A stretch of DNA of 64,000 nt from Candidatus Bathyarchaeia archaeon (GTDB lineage Archaea > Thermoproteota > Bathyarchaeia > Bathyarchaeales > Bathycorpusculaceae), in NCBI GenBank assembly GCA_049516875.1, contig JBEKSS010000003.1, positions 1 to 64,000 on the forward strand. Reading direction: 5' to 3'. How positions within the stretch are numbered: the first letter of the stretch is position 1; the number at the start of each line of letters is the position of its first letter. A model generated the notes under the pieces. It was not told the DNA's origin. It saw only the letters and a list, made by a program, of their open reading frames with translations, and made no database searches. Both the position numbers and the translations under genes were made by a program. Shown piece after piece: positions 47,021 through 57,196 of the stretch.

Positions 47021-48133
47021 ATGACAAAACTGGAAATTGTTGATGATCCTAACGAGACTAGAAGAATCGACAAGAGCAACATGCTTTCCTTCTGTGTTGA
47101 AGCCCCCAAACATTACGCACAAGCCGCAAAACTCGCCAAAACCCTTCCAGTCAATTACCCTAAACCTAACACGATTGTCGTTGCAGGCATGGGAGGCTCC
47201 GGCATCGGCGGCGAACTTCTAAAAGACTGGACAAGAGACAGAATCACCGTTCCCATCGAAGTGTGCAAGGAATACTCACTACCCGCATACGCACACAAAA
47301 ACACCCTGGTGTTCGTCGTCAGTTACTCCGGAGAAACTGAGGAAACCCTCAGCGTCTTCCGTGACGCCATCAAAAGAAAATGCATGATTATCTGCATAAG
47401 CTCGGGTGGAAACCTGCACGAGTTTGCTGAAAAACTAGGCTTCCCGCACCTGCTCGTCCCCTCAGGAATGGCGCCCCGTGCAACCCTTCCATACCTTTTC
47501 ATGCCCTTGATTACCACACTGGAAAAAATGGGTTTAGTTTCAGGCGTTGATGAAGAGGTTTCGGAAACCACCAAAGTATTGGAGCAAGTCAGCGCGGATA
47601 ACTCTCCTGAAAAACCACTGAGCCGCAACTTCTCAAAGAAGCTAGCTGAGAACATTAACGGAACTGTTCCGGCAGTTTATGGTTTCGGGTTCCATCGAAC
47701 TGTGGCTCAACGGCTTAAGACGCAGTTCAACGAGAACAGCAAGAACCCGGCAAAATGGGAAGTCTTTCCAGAACTCAACCACAACGAGATTGTAGGCTGG
47801 GAAGAAGCGAAGGAATTCGCAGAGTGGTTCTCTGTAATCTTTGTCCGCGACGCCGAAGAACCGGCTGAAATACGCAAGAGAATCGAGGCAACAAAAGAAT
47901 TAATGAACCGACAGATTAAAAAGCTCTTTGAAGTTCACAGCCGTGGAACGAGCCGCCTAGCGAAGATGGCGTCCGTCATTTGCACCGGAGATTTCACAAG
48001 CGTGTATTTGGCCATCCTGCGCGGCATAGACCCGACGCCCGTGAAGACAATAGCCCTGTTGAAAGATGAGCTAAAACAAGGTGGCGCGAAAGAAAAAGTG
48101 TTGCGTGAACTGCAAAGCCTTGCCGTGAAATAA
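47021..48133 (+). CDS. Bifunctional phosphoglucose/phosphomannose isomerase
   Basis: GMGGSGIGG, SYSGETEET, QFNENSK, PELNHNEIVG. Confidence 0.93.
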   Translation: MTKLEIVDDPNETRRIDKSNMLSFCVEAPKHYAQAAKLAKTLPVNYPKPNTIVVAGMGGSGIGGELLKDWTRDRITVPIEVCKEYSLPAYAHKNTLVFVVSYSGETEETLSVFRDAIKRKCMIICISSGGNLHEFAEKLGFPHLLVPSGMAPRATLPYLFMPLITTLEKMGLVSGVDEEVSETTKVLEQVSADNSPEKPLSRNFSKKLAENINGTVPAVYGFGFHRTVAQRLKTQFNENSKNPAKWEVFPELNHNEIVGWEEAKEFAEWFSVIFVRDAEEPAEIRKRIEATKELMNRQIKKLFEVHSRGTSRLAKMASVICTGDFTSVYLAILRGIDPTPVKTIALLKDELKQGGAKEKVLRELQSLAVK

Positions 48134-48142
48134 GGGGTCTGT

Positions 48143-49201
48143 TCACTCTTCCTCGGTGACAAATTGAGCGAACATTTTTTCCGCGGCCTCAAGCGCCACT
48201 AACTGAGGCGGATGCTTGAAGCCATAGGCGCAGATCGGCCTTACAGCTCCTTTCATTTTTCTTTCCAGAGCCAGTTTCGTCGCCCTCACCACGTCAAACA
48301 GAACAGAACCGGCATTCGGTGCGTCAACGGTTGAAAGTTTCAGATCTATTTGTATCGGCACATTGCAGAAGTGCACGCCCCTAATCCAGAAGTAACTGTC
48401 ACGCTTGTTCTGCAGGAAATCCACGTAATCCGTGGAACCAGCGACAACAGAAGCCGCGTAAGGCAACGCTGCTTCAACAGATTTAGTCTTGATGGCACGT
48501 TTAACGTCTCTCGTCCGATCCAGAGTATCCAAGGACTCTGTGCCCCCACCAACATCAAGCTGATAAGTTTCAGTAATATGGACACCGTTCATCGACAGAA
48601 GCTGCAACAATGTCTTATGTAATGTGGTCGAGCCGACCTGATCAATCAAGTCATCTCCAACAACCGGCAGTTCAGCTGCCTCGAATTTCTGAGCCCACGC
48701 AGCGTCGCTGGCGATGAAGCTGGGGGCCGCGTTCACGAAGGCACAGCCTGAAACAAGAGCTTGTTCAGCATACCACTGCGAAGCCTTCACTGCTCCGCTT
48801 GGAAGCAGATTGAGGACAATCTCAGCGTTGCTCTCCTTCAAAACCATTGCAACGTTTGCTTCGGGGTGATCGCTTATTTGAACAACGTGCCTGGTGTACT
48901 CGCCCAGCCCGTCTAAAATAGGGCCCCTATGCACTACGACATTGGACAGTGACACGTCAGCTAGTTTTGAAACATTGTTGGGTTCTGCAAGGATGGCTTC
49001 AGATAAGTCTTTTCCAACTTTTCGGTCGTCTATGTCGAACGCCGCAACGACTTCAATGTCCTTCGGATGAAAGCTCCCGAGCACGGGGTTCCGTAGGCCG
49101 ACACTTTCATTTTCGCTGTTCGCACCATAGTACTGCAAGCCTTGAACGAGGGCAGATGCACAGTTTCCTACACCAACCAATGCGACCTTGATTTTCGGCA
49201 A
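48143..49201 (-). CDS. ino1: myo-Inositol-1-phosphate synthase family protein
   Basis: VGVGNCASALVQG, VVGDD...QVG.T, FKHPP. Confidence 0.88.
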   Translation of the reverse strand: MPKIKVALVGVGNCASALVQGLQYYGANSENESVGLRNPVLGSFHPKDIEVVAAFDIDDRKVGKDLSEAILAEPNNVSKLADVSLSNVVVHRGPILDGLGEYTRHVVQISDHPEANVAMVLKESNAEIVLNLLPSGAVKASQWYAEQALVSGCAFVNAAPSFIASDAAWAQKFEAAELPVVGDDLIDQVGSTTLHKTLLQLLSMNGVHITETYQLDVGGGTESLDTLDRTRDVKRAIKTKSVEAALPYAASVVAGSTDYVDFLQNKRDSYFWIRGVHFCNVPIQIDLKLSTVDAPNAGSVLFDVVRATKLALERKMKGAVRPICAYGFKHPPQLVALEAAEKMFAQFVTEEE

Positions 49202-49379
49202 GTTGTGACACCTTGTTTTGCAGTTCTTATTTAGCCGGTGACTTAAAAAATGCTACGCTATCGACTGTGCAGATTAGAGGTTTCAGGAACCGAAACTTGA
49301 AGGCTTGGGACACGTTCCGGGATTGTTCTAGTAAGCTTAAAGTCTTCGAGACGTTTAGTCTAGAACAGGCTGAACAGAA

Positions 49380-51137
49380 ATGACGGATGAAACCAAAACC
49401 CTTGACAAATTCACGGTTATAAATGAATTGGCTCGTCGGAGAGGCTTTTTCTGGCAGTCTTATGAGATCTACGGCGGCGCAAGCGGCTTCGCAACCTACG
49501 GTTATTTAGGGACAAGAGTGAAACAGAACATCGAAAGAAAGCTCAGAGAACTCTTCGTTTACAAGCTCGGAATCATGGAGATTGAGTCTCCTATAATCAC
49601 TCCTGAAAGGGTTTTCGAGGCTTCAGGTCACATTGAGCATTTCAAAGAACCTATGGTTGAGTGTTCCAAATGTAAAAAGAGATTTCGTGCTGATCACTTG
49701 CTTCGTGACTTTGCAAAAATAGGCGAGTCAGAAGCTGAAAAACTGAGCTTGGCTGAACTGAAAGAGGCGATTGAGAAGCAGAATATTCGCTGTCCAGAGT
49801 GTGACGGAACCTTCAATGAGCCCAAGTTGTTTCTAACAATGTTCAAAACGACCATAGGTCCCTATTCAGACGCGGTGGGTTACGGAAGGCCGGAAGCCGC
49901 GCAAGGTATATTTGTAGAGTTCAAGCGGCTCTATGAAATGGCGCGTGAGAAGCTTCCCTTTGGCGCAATGCAGATAGGTAGGGCGTTGAGGAATGAGATT
50001 TCACCGCGACAAGGCTTAGTACGGTTAAGGGAATTCACCATCGGCGACTTGGAATTCTTCTTCGACCCAGAGGAGCCGAACTGCTACCTACTCAAAGATG
50101 TAGAAAATGAAGCACTTCGACTCCTTCTGGCAAAGGAGAGACTGGAAGGCTCAGAGGAAATCACTGAAGTAACTGTGAAAGAAGCACTGGAAAAGGACTA
50201 CATCAGGTCTGAGTGGCAAGCAGTCTTCATGGCACTGGAAAAGAAGTTGCTTGTCGACCTGGGTGTCCCAGCTGAAAAACAGCGTTTCATTGAAAAGCAT
50301 CCGTGGGAAAGAGCTCACTACTCATCACAAACCTTCGACCAAGAGGTTCTTGTTGAACGATGGAGTTGGCTCGAAGTAAACGCGTGTGCCTGCCGAACAG
50401 ACTACGATCTGAAACGACACTCGGAATTCAGCGGCCAAGACATGCACGTCTTCAAAGAATATGAAAAACCCATTGAGAAAGAACAAATAACCATTAAACC
50501 TGTCATGGCCAAGCTGGGACCTGCCTTTAAGAAAGAAGCTGCAAAAGTCGCTGAAATGCTTTCCAAGACAAACCCAGAAGAGGTAGAAAAGATCTTGAAG
50601 GAAAACGGTTACTTTACGCTTGACAAGTACAGAATTCTGTCAGAACACGTGGACATCAAACATGAGAAAACCCTTGAACGCGGAAGACACTTTATACCCT
50701 ACGACGTCGAACCGACCTTCGGCTCCGACCGACTTTTCTATGTAGCTTTCGAATATGCCTATCGCGTCAAAGATGACAGAACATTTCTAAGCTTCCCGAG
50801 AGACATTGCTCCCATACAAGTCGGCATATACCCCCTCGTAAGCAAGGACGGACTGCCTGGAAAAGCATTGGAACTACACAAAATGCTGCTCAACGAGGGT
50901 TTCGTGGCTGAGTACGATGAAGCTGGATCTATCGGCAGGCGATATGCGCGTGCAGACGAAGTTGGCATTCCCCTTGGCATTACAGTTGACTACGATACTC
51001 TCAAAGATGAGACTGTCACAATCCGCGACAGAGACACCTGGAAGCAAGTCAGAAACCGAATCGGAGAATTACCTGAGCTTCTGCGCAAGTATTTCCGATG
51101 GAAAATCAACTTTGAAGAGCTAGGCACTCCAATTTGA
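49380..51137 (+). CDS. glyS: Glycine-tRNA ligase (alpha2 type)
   Basis: RPEAAQGIF, RNEISPRQG..RLREF, GSIGRRYAR.DE.G. Confidence 0.95.
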   Translation: MTDETKTLDKFTVINELARRRGFFWQSYEIYGGASGFATYGYLGTRVKQNIERKLRELFVYKLGIMEIESPIITPERVFEASGHIEHFKEPMVECSKCKKRFRADHLLRDFAKIGESEAEKLSLAELKEAIEKQNIRCPECDGTFNEPKLFLTMFKTTIGPYSDAVGYGRPEAAQGIFVEFKRLYEMAREKLPFGAMQIGRALRNEISPRQGLVRLREFTIGDLEFFFDPEEPNCYLLKDVENEALRLLLAKERLEGSEEITEVTVKEALEKDYIRSEWQAVFMALEKKLLVDLGVPAEKQRFIEKHPWERAHYSSQTFDQEVLVERWSWLEVNACACRTDYDLKRHSEFSGQDMHVFKEYEKPIEKEQITIKPVMAKLGPAFKKEAAKVAEMLSKTNPEEVEKILKENGYFTLDKYRILSEHVDIKHEKTLERGRHFIPYDVEPTFGSDRLFYVAFEYAYRVKDDRTFLSFPRDIAPIQVGIYPLVSKDGLPGKALELHKMLLNEGFVAEYDEAGSIGRRYARADEVGIPLGITVDYDTLKDETVTIRDRDTWKQVRNRIGELPELLRKYFRWKINFEELGTPI

Positions 51138-51221
51138 ATGCCGAAGTTTTCGTTACCTTTTTTAACACTCAGACATATGTAGAGGCAGGGAAAACAGCCC
51201 TTTTTGTGGGCGGGAAAACCT

Positions 51222-51881
51222 TTGGTGCTTCCAGCAGAAACTGAAGAGCGCGTGAAGCGAAGAGCCTTAAACGTCTGCCAAGACCACCTACGGAAGGTCT
51301 TAGACCTGACTAGAAAAGTCCCTCAGATGATAGATTACTTCATGAAGAACGACAAAGACGGGGCAACACAGCTTTTCAACGAAGTCACAGGCAGCGAGGC
51401 TGAAGTGGACAAGGCAAGGCGACTGGTTTCACAGGAACTCGCCGAAATAGGAGCAATCCTACTCAGCAGAGAAGATTTCCTAAGATTCACCAACGTGACA
51501 AGCGAAATCGCAGATTTTTCTGAAGGCATAGCTTTCCGACTTGTCGAAATCATGCAGCACAACTGGAACGTGCCGATGGACATAAAGAAAGATCTACTGA
51601 AACTCTCGGAGGCCGTTTTCGAAACCGTGCTCAAGCTCAGAGAGATGGTGATGGCTCTTAACTACGGCTCAACCAAAACCATGGAAAAAGCCAGAGATGT
51701 GGAGGTTGCCGAACAGAACGTTGATGTGCTTTACCGCGAACTCGAGATAAAACTTCTCGGCAGCAAAGTGGATTTTCCTGCTCTGATATTGCTAAGGGAT
51801 GTTCTGCAACTGTTGGAGGATTCAGCGGACAAAGCTGAAGACGCTTCTGACGCCGCGCGAATTCTTTCGTTTATGATGTGA
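51222..51881 (+). CDS. DUF47/PhoU-like helical protein
   Basis: E.EVD..RR, REDFLR, LED.AD.AEDA. Confidence 0.8.
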   Translation: MVLPAETEERVKRRALNVCQDHLRKVLDLTRKVPQMIDYFMKNDKDGATQLFNEVTGSEAEVDKARRLVSQELAEIGAILLSREDFLRFTNVTSEIADFSEGIAFRLVEIMQHNWNVPMDIKKDLLKLSEAVFETVLKLREMVMALNYGSTKTMEKARDVEVAEQNVDVLYRELEIKLLGSKVDFPALILLRDVLQLLEDSADKAEDASDAARILSFMM

Positions 51882-51896
51882 AAGGCGGAAAACACG

Positions 51897-52454
51897 GTGC
51901 GCAAGAAGATCGGCGTGGAGCTAATCGAAAACTTTCTAGTGGTTTGGAACCCAGAAGAAGGCTCAGAACTTTACAAAAGAGGCTTCTACGGAAAACCCCT
52001 TGGAATCGCCAAACCCAAAATCCCAGAGTTCAACGTTCCGCTAATTCTGGACCTGATGGAAGGCCTGTATCTCGTAGAAAAACAAAACATAACTGTGTAC
52101 GAAGGCAACGCAAAAAAGAAGGTAAGTCTCAAAAAACTCCGCCAAATGGCCAAACAACTGTATGGAGAGTTTGAAGAAAAATACTCTGTTTATCGTGACC
52201 TTCGCGACAACGGCCTAGTCGTAACACCTGGAATAAAGTTCGGATGCGACTTCGCGGTCTACAAACACGGGCCAGGCGTAGAACACGCGCCTTACATGGT
52301 TTCCGTGAAACTGGCCGACTCTGAGATGACGGCCACAGAAATCGTTAAAGCTGGAAGACTGGCAACGACCGTCCGAAAAAGATTCATCATCGCAGTACCT
52401 GGCCTAGAGAAGGACAAGATAGAATATCTGATCTTCAAATGGTTCAAAGCCTGA
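51897..52454 (+). CDS. endA: tRNA-splicing endonuclease catalytic subunit
   Basis: VYRDLR..G..V.PGIKFG.DF.VY..GPG..HAPY...R....VRK, containing the Tyr-His-Lys triad. Confidence 0.93.
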   Translation: MRKKIGVELIENFLVVWNPEEGSELYKRGFYGKPLGIAKPKIPEFNVPLILDLMEGLYLVEKQNITVYEGNAKKKVSLKKLRQMAKQLYGEFEEKYSVYRDLRDNGLVVTPGIKFGCDFAVYKHGPGVEHAPYMVSVKLADSEMTATEIVKAGRLATTVRKRFIIAVPGLEKDKIEYLIFKWFKA

Positions 52455-52491
52455 ACACGCAATCAACAATGTAAAGAGTTGTAGAGCACGG

Positions 52492-52965
52492 CTATTGTTT
52501 GGACTTGATGATTTCGCTGATTTCTTGTTCTAGAGTAGGTTGGTGCGAGGGGTTTTCAACTATTCTGCCTATTTCTCTCCCATCTGTGTCGGCTAGTATG
52601 ATTAGCGGAATCTTGTCGACGTTGAATGTTTCCACTTCTTGCGGCGAGGGTGGCATTCGCCATTTGTGTCCTTGACCCAGCGGATCTTTCTTTAGACCCC
52701 CGAAGACTCTGACCTCCAGTCCTGCGGCCTCATTTATCAAGGCCAAAACTGGAACGTTTACTGCGCAGTCCTTGCACCATCCTGTTGAAAAAGCAATGAT
52801 CACGCATTTACCCGCAAATGCTCTGAGTTGACTGATTGCTTCTCGATTAGGCTGATATGTTTGTTTCCTCGTCAAGAATTTCTCCTTGAAAGGCTCTTCC
52901 AAATTGCTGATGTAATCGTCTGCCGAAACCGTTCTCGTCATGATTTCCATCAAGTTGACAGGCAT
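52492..52965 (-). CDS. Thioredoxin-like protein
   Basis: WCKDC...VP and EIGRIVENP. Confidence 0.85.
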   Translation of the reverse strand: MPVNLMEIMTRTVSADDYISNLEEPFKEKFLTRKQTYQPNREAISQLRAFAGKCVIIAFSTGWCKDCAVNVPVLALINEAAGLEVRVFGGLKKDPLGQGHKWRMPPSPQEVETFNVDKIPLIILADTDGREIGRIVENPSHQPTLEQEISEIIKSKQ

Positions 52966-53061
52966 GTTGGATCTTCACCCTTGAGAATGTTGTCTTAATC
53001 TGGAAAAACAGATTTAAACGTTGGCGGTCCGTACAAGATTGATCTAGCACGTTGATTGGAT

Positions 53062-54333
53062 TTAGCCGGGCATTAGTGTTTGGTTTGTGAATTGCCCTCT
53101 CACGTATTGATGTGGATAGATTTTCGTTCCTTCCAGCATGCAGCCTTCAGCTATTACCACGTCGTCGGCGATGACCGTGGTTGAATCTATTTTTGTGGGT
53201 TTTTTCGAGGTTGATTGGACGGTTACGTGTCGTCCTATGATGCTCTCTTTCACCTCAGCATTATCGCCCACTATAACCCTGTCCATGACTGCGGAGTTTT
53301 CTATTTCCACGTTCTTGCCAACTTGTGTGTAGTTGTCTATGCACGAGTTGACTATTCTCACTCCGTCTGCTATCTTGCAGTGTCTTCCGATGAGGACAGA
53401 TCCTTCAATCTCTATTTTCTTCTGCTTGATTTTCCGGATGATTTCCCTCCTTCTCTTCATCGACTCCGTGCTTTCTCCCTGGACCCATATCCGTTTTCCC
53501 TCATCTATTCTTCCACCGAAATCGGTCAGCGACGAAAAACGTCCGTCCAGCATGTCATGCATGGCTTCCAAATAACGTCGAGGTGTTCCCACATCGTACC
53601 AGCTTCCCTCCAAGGCGAAGCCGTAAACTGGTCTGCCAGTGCTTATCAAATAGGGGATGAAGTCATAGCCGAAGTCCAAGCGATGTCTCTCTTTGATTAG
53701 CTGCGTGACTCCTTTTTCTTTGAATATCTTCCTTATTTCGGGAGAAAACATGTACAGACCGGTGTTGGCAAGGTCCGACGGAGCCTCCTTGGGCGTGGGT
53801 TTTTCAACAAACCTGGAAATCTTCATGTCCTTGTTTATGTCAGCTATTCCGTAGCCATCGACGTTTTCGACTCTCCTCAACGCTATGGTCATGAGGGCGC
53901 CCTTTTTTTCATGAAACTTAACGAGTTTCTTCACATCGACATCAAAAATGTTGTCTCCTTGAACTGCAAAAACGGGATCCCTGACGTTGTAGTACTCCAT
54001 GTTTATCATAGCGGAGCTTGCGCTGCCAAAATCGTCCACGTTCGGTTGATATTTTATGTGAACGCGCGGTGTTATACCGTATCTGGCAGAAAACCCGTAG
54101 CCCGACTCAAAATAATCATGCAAGTCCCTGTAGTTAGTGTAGCCTTTAACACCGAAGATGAAGTTCTTGATGCCTTGACGTGCAAGGGGTAACAATGAGA
54201 AATCTATCAGTGGCCTGTTCAACAGGCGCAAGCACGCCTTGCTGGTCTCCGCTGTGAGCGGCAGCAGACGAGTTGCTTTTCCACCGACTGGAATTATTAC
54301 TCTCAATCTGTCCAACGCATAATTGTTGCGCAA
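53062..54333 (-). CDS. NDP-sugar pyrophosphorylase with left-handed beta-helix
   Basis: GGKATRLLPLT...K, FVEKP, W.DVG, hexapeptide repeats. Confidence 0.9.
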   Translation of the reverse strand: MRNNYALDRLRVIIPVGGKATRLLPLTAETSKACLRLLNRPLIDFSLLPLARQGIKNFIFGVKGYTNYRDLHDYFESGYGFSARYGITPRVHIKYQPNVDDFGSASSAMINMEYYNVRDPVFAVQGDNIFDVDVKKLVKFHEKKGALMTIALRRVENVDGYGIADINKDMKISRFVEKPTPKEAPSDLANTGLYMFSPEIRKIFKEKGVTQLIKERHRLDFGYDFIPYLISTGRPVYGFALEGSWYDVGTPRRYLEAMHDMLDGRFSSLTDFGGRIDEGKRIWVQGESTESMKRRREIIRKIKQKKIEIEGSVLIGRHCKIADGVRIVNSCIDNYTQVGKNVEIENSAVMDRVIVGDNAEVKESIIGRHVTVQSTSKKPTKIDSTTVIADDVVIAEGCMLEGTKIYPHQYVRGQFTNQTLMPG

Positions 54334-54461
54334 GACATCATCACCAACAAGCTTTTCAATGGATTATTCACCTGAAACGTATTAAACTTTCTAATTCATA
54401 CGCGAATTTTATGACACTCTCTGCTGAAAACCTTAAGAGCCAAGTCAAGGTTTGAACGGTT

Positions 54462-55310
54462 ATGAGCAAAATTGGCGGCTACCTGCGCTTAATGCGTCTC
54501 ATAAACTGCGCGATGGTGGGCCTTGCCGTCCTTGTTGGCGTAGTGCTTGCCAACCCGAATATCGGGCACAATTCCTGGCAAAACCTTGTCTACGGCTTCG
54601 TCACTGGTTTCACGCTAACCGCTGCCTCGATGACCATAAACGATTACTACGACCGGCAGATCGACGCCATAAATGAACCGAAACGTCCTATCCCGAGCGG
54701 TCTAATCAAACCCAGAGAGGCCTTGATGTTTGCAGCGATTCTTTCAATTCTAGGTTTTGCCGCCGCGTACTTGACAAATACGTATTGCCTCGTAACCGCT
54801 ATAATTGCTTGGATGGTCGCCGCTGCTTACACCACTGTTGGAAAGAGAACCGGCCTGCCGGGTAACTTTCTCGTTAGCATAATTGTGACAATACCCTTCC
54901 TGTATGGAATGGCAATCGTGGCTGACATTAGATTGAATGTTCTGCTTTGCGCGTCCACGGCTTTTCTTTCGATCACTGGAAGGGAGATAACAAAGGGGAT
55001 TGTGGATGTGAAGGGAGACAAGACGGCAAACGTTAAGACTCTAGCTGTGCGTTACGGAGAGAAAAAGGCGGCCACAGCAGCTGCATCATTTTATGTTTCT
55101 GCGATCTTACTGAGCCCGCTACCTTGGCTCATGGACCTTGTATCTTTCTGGTTCATTCCCTTAGTGCTCATAACCGACATTGGACTTGCAGTGTCATCGT
55201 TTATACTGCTCAAGGACTATTCAAGGGAAAGCGCTAGAAAGATCAAGAAAAACGTGCTTCTGTGGCTTATCATTGGACTGCTAGCGTTTATGATAGGCGC
55301 GATAAGGTGA
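54462..55310 (+). CDS. Digeranylgeranylglyceryl-phosphate synthase (UbiA family)
   Basis: INDYYD..ID.IN.P.RPIPSG and REI.K.I.D..GD. Confidence 0.88.
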   Translation: MSKIGGYLRLMRLINCAMVGLAVLVGVVLANPNIGHNSWQNLVYGFVTGFTLTAASMTINDYYDRQIDAINEPKRPIPSGLIKPREALMFAAILSILGFAAAYLTNTYCLVTAIIAWMVAAAYTTVGKRTGLPGNFLVSIIVTIPFLYGMAIVADIRLNVLLCASTAFLSITGREITKGIVDVKGDKTANVKTLAVRYGEKKAATAAASFYVSAILLSPLPWLMDLVSFWFIPLVLITDIGLAVSSFILLKDYSRESARKIKKNVLLWLIIGLLAFMIGAIR

Positions 55311-55314
55311 AATA

Positions 55315-56026
55315 TTGCCCTTTGAAGAAGTCTTTTCAAACGTCCTTCTAATGTTACTATGCTACGGTTACGTGTTTTTCATAATAGTCATTTCAGGAAA
55401 GATGGAGAAGACCCTTCATGTCTCGCGGAAAGCTTCGCGTAAGTTCTTGCATATAATGATTGGGAACCTTCCATTCATTATTCCGTTTTTCACTCTGACC
55501 GTTTTTCCAGCTCTTGTCGCTGCCCCCATTTATCGTAGTAACTCTCCTTGCATCGCCTTGCAGCCCGTTTAAGAGACTCAGCAAAAGGATGAAGGGGCTA
55601 GCGGACATAAGTGATGAGGGACACCAATTGGGGCTTGTCTTCTACGCGATTTCCTATACGTGTTTGGCGTCGTTGTTCGCTTCGAAAGCCTACATCATTG
55701 CTGCGGGAATTCTGCCCATGGCTTACGGTGATGCCGCAGCTTCAATGGTCGGTGAAAGATGGGGCAGAAGAAAATACAACGTTGTTGCAGAGAAGAGTTT
55801 AGAAGGCTCAGCAGCAATGTTTCTCTTCAGCTTCATCAGCCTTGCCCTTGGCTTGGTTTTCTTCTCTGTCTTTTATCAGTTTGTGTTACCCGTCAAACTT
55901 GTTGCGGCGCTAGCAGCCGCTGCTGTTGCCACGGCGGTTGAAGGCTTTTCGCCCATGGGCTTCGACAACTTGACCGTCCCTGCCTTCAGCGTTCTGGTCT
56001 TTCTGATGTATGGTGGAGGCTTCTGA
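55315..56026 (+). CDS. Phytol/dolichol kinase-like membrane protein, frameshifted at the C5 run near 55523-55527
   Basis: SRKFLHI in the first frame; GDAAAS.VG, KSLEGS and DNL..P in the second. Confidence 0.8.
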
Positions 56027-56031
56027 ACAGG

Positions 56032-56604
56032 TTGGTGCTTGTAGTCATAGATGGATTAGACGCTTCAGGAAAGAGCACTCAGGCGATAAGTCTTTACATG
56101 CGTCTCAGAAAGCAGGGAAAAACCGCGTGTCTACGGATTCATCCTTCAAACGATAATCTTTTCGGAGCCAAAGCTAAGCAGTTTTTGTTCTCTAAAGGAA
56201 GGAGTGCACATTTTGGTTCTCCCATCTTTTACATGTTCGATGTTGTCCGTTCCGTTCTTCTATATTCTTGGCAAAAATACGATTATATGATTTTTGTTCG
56301 ATATCTGATGGGAACCGCCTATCTGCCGTCACCGTTACACAGAATTGGCTACCACTTCTTCACTTCCATAATGCCCACATCGGACTACATGTTCTTTCTC
56401 GACGTGTATCTTGAAGAAGCAGACAGAAGAATACGACAAACACGTGGCACACTGGAGATGTTCGAAAGCTTGGAGAACTTTAAACGAATCAGAAGAAAGG
56501 CGCTCTCATTGGTTTCATCAAGCAAATGGAGAATCATAAACGGAAACAAATCTGTGAAAGACATCGAAAAGGAAATTGCAAACGCTCTTGGACTACCGTT
56601 CTAA
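56032..56604 (+). CDS. Thymidylate-kinase-like P-loop kinase
   Basis: IDGLDASGKSTQ. Confidence 0.75.
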   Translation: MVLVVIDGLDASGKSTQAISLYMRLRKQGKTACLRIHPSNDNLFGAKAKQFLFSKGRSAHFGSPIFYMFDVVRSVLLYSWQKYDYMIFVRYLMGTAYLPSPLHRIGYHFFTSIMPTSDYMFFLDVYLEEADRRIRQTRGTLEMFESLENFKRIRRKALSLVSSSKWRIINGNKSVKDIEKEIANALGLPF

Positions 56605-56661
56605 TAATTGGAATTATAAGTGTCCCTGAGTTAGTATTAAAGTGGAGAGGCATGTTGCTCC

Positions 56662-57108
56662 TTGAATGCTGAAGATGAGGCTGTTTTTGAGTACGCGCTT
56701 CGCGGCAAAGACTGGAACGTGTATTGGCTTCTTTTGAAAAATGGTCGTTCCATGAGCGTTCGTGAAGTTCAGAAAACGCTACGTTTCAGCAGCCCGAGCG
56801 TGGCGCAGCATCATCTTGAACAGTTGCGACAGTTGGGACTGGTCAAGAAGGATGAGATTGGAGGCAATTATTCGTTGACGAGCGAAGTCAAGATTGGGGT
56901 GCTTCGGCATTTTGTTAAACTGGGGAGACTGCTGTTTCCGAGGTACTTCTTCTACGCGCTTTTCTCAACCACTTTCTACTTGATATACGTACTAGCGCTG
57001 ATGCAGGGATTCACGCGTGAGAACCTGTTCATTCTCACATTTGGAGCCATTGTTTCTGCAATCTTCTGGTTTGAGGCCTTACGCATATGGTCTATGAGAC
57101 CGTACTAG
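56662..57108 (+). CDS. Winged-helix protein with two C-terminal TM helices
   Basis: VREVQKTL.FSSPSVA.HHLE.L...GLV. Confidence 0.8.
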   Translation: MNAEDEAVFEYALRGKDWNVYWLLLKNGRSMSVREVQKTLRFSSPSVAQHHLEQLRQLGLVKKDEIGGNYSLTSEVKIGVLRHFVKLGRLLFPRYFFYALFSTTFYLIYVLALMQGFTRENLFILTFGAIVSAIFWFEALRIWSMRPY

Positions 57109-57196
57109 CTTCTGGAAAATGCTGTACCAAGGCTTAGGATAGATTCAAAGAAGAGATAGGATAACAGTAGTGATTCAAGATATGTGCACCGCATCC

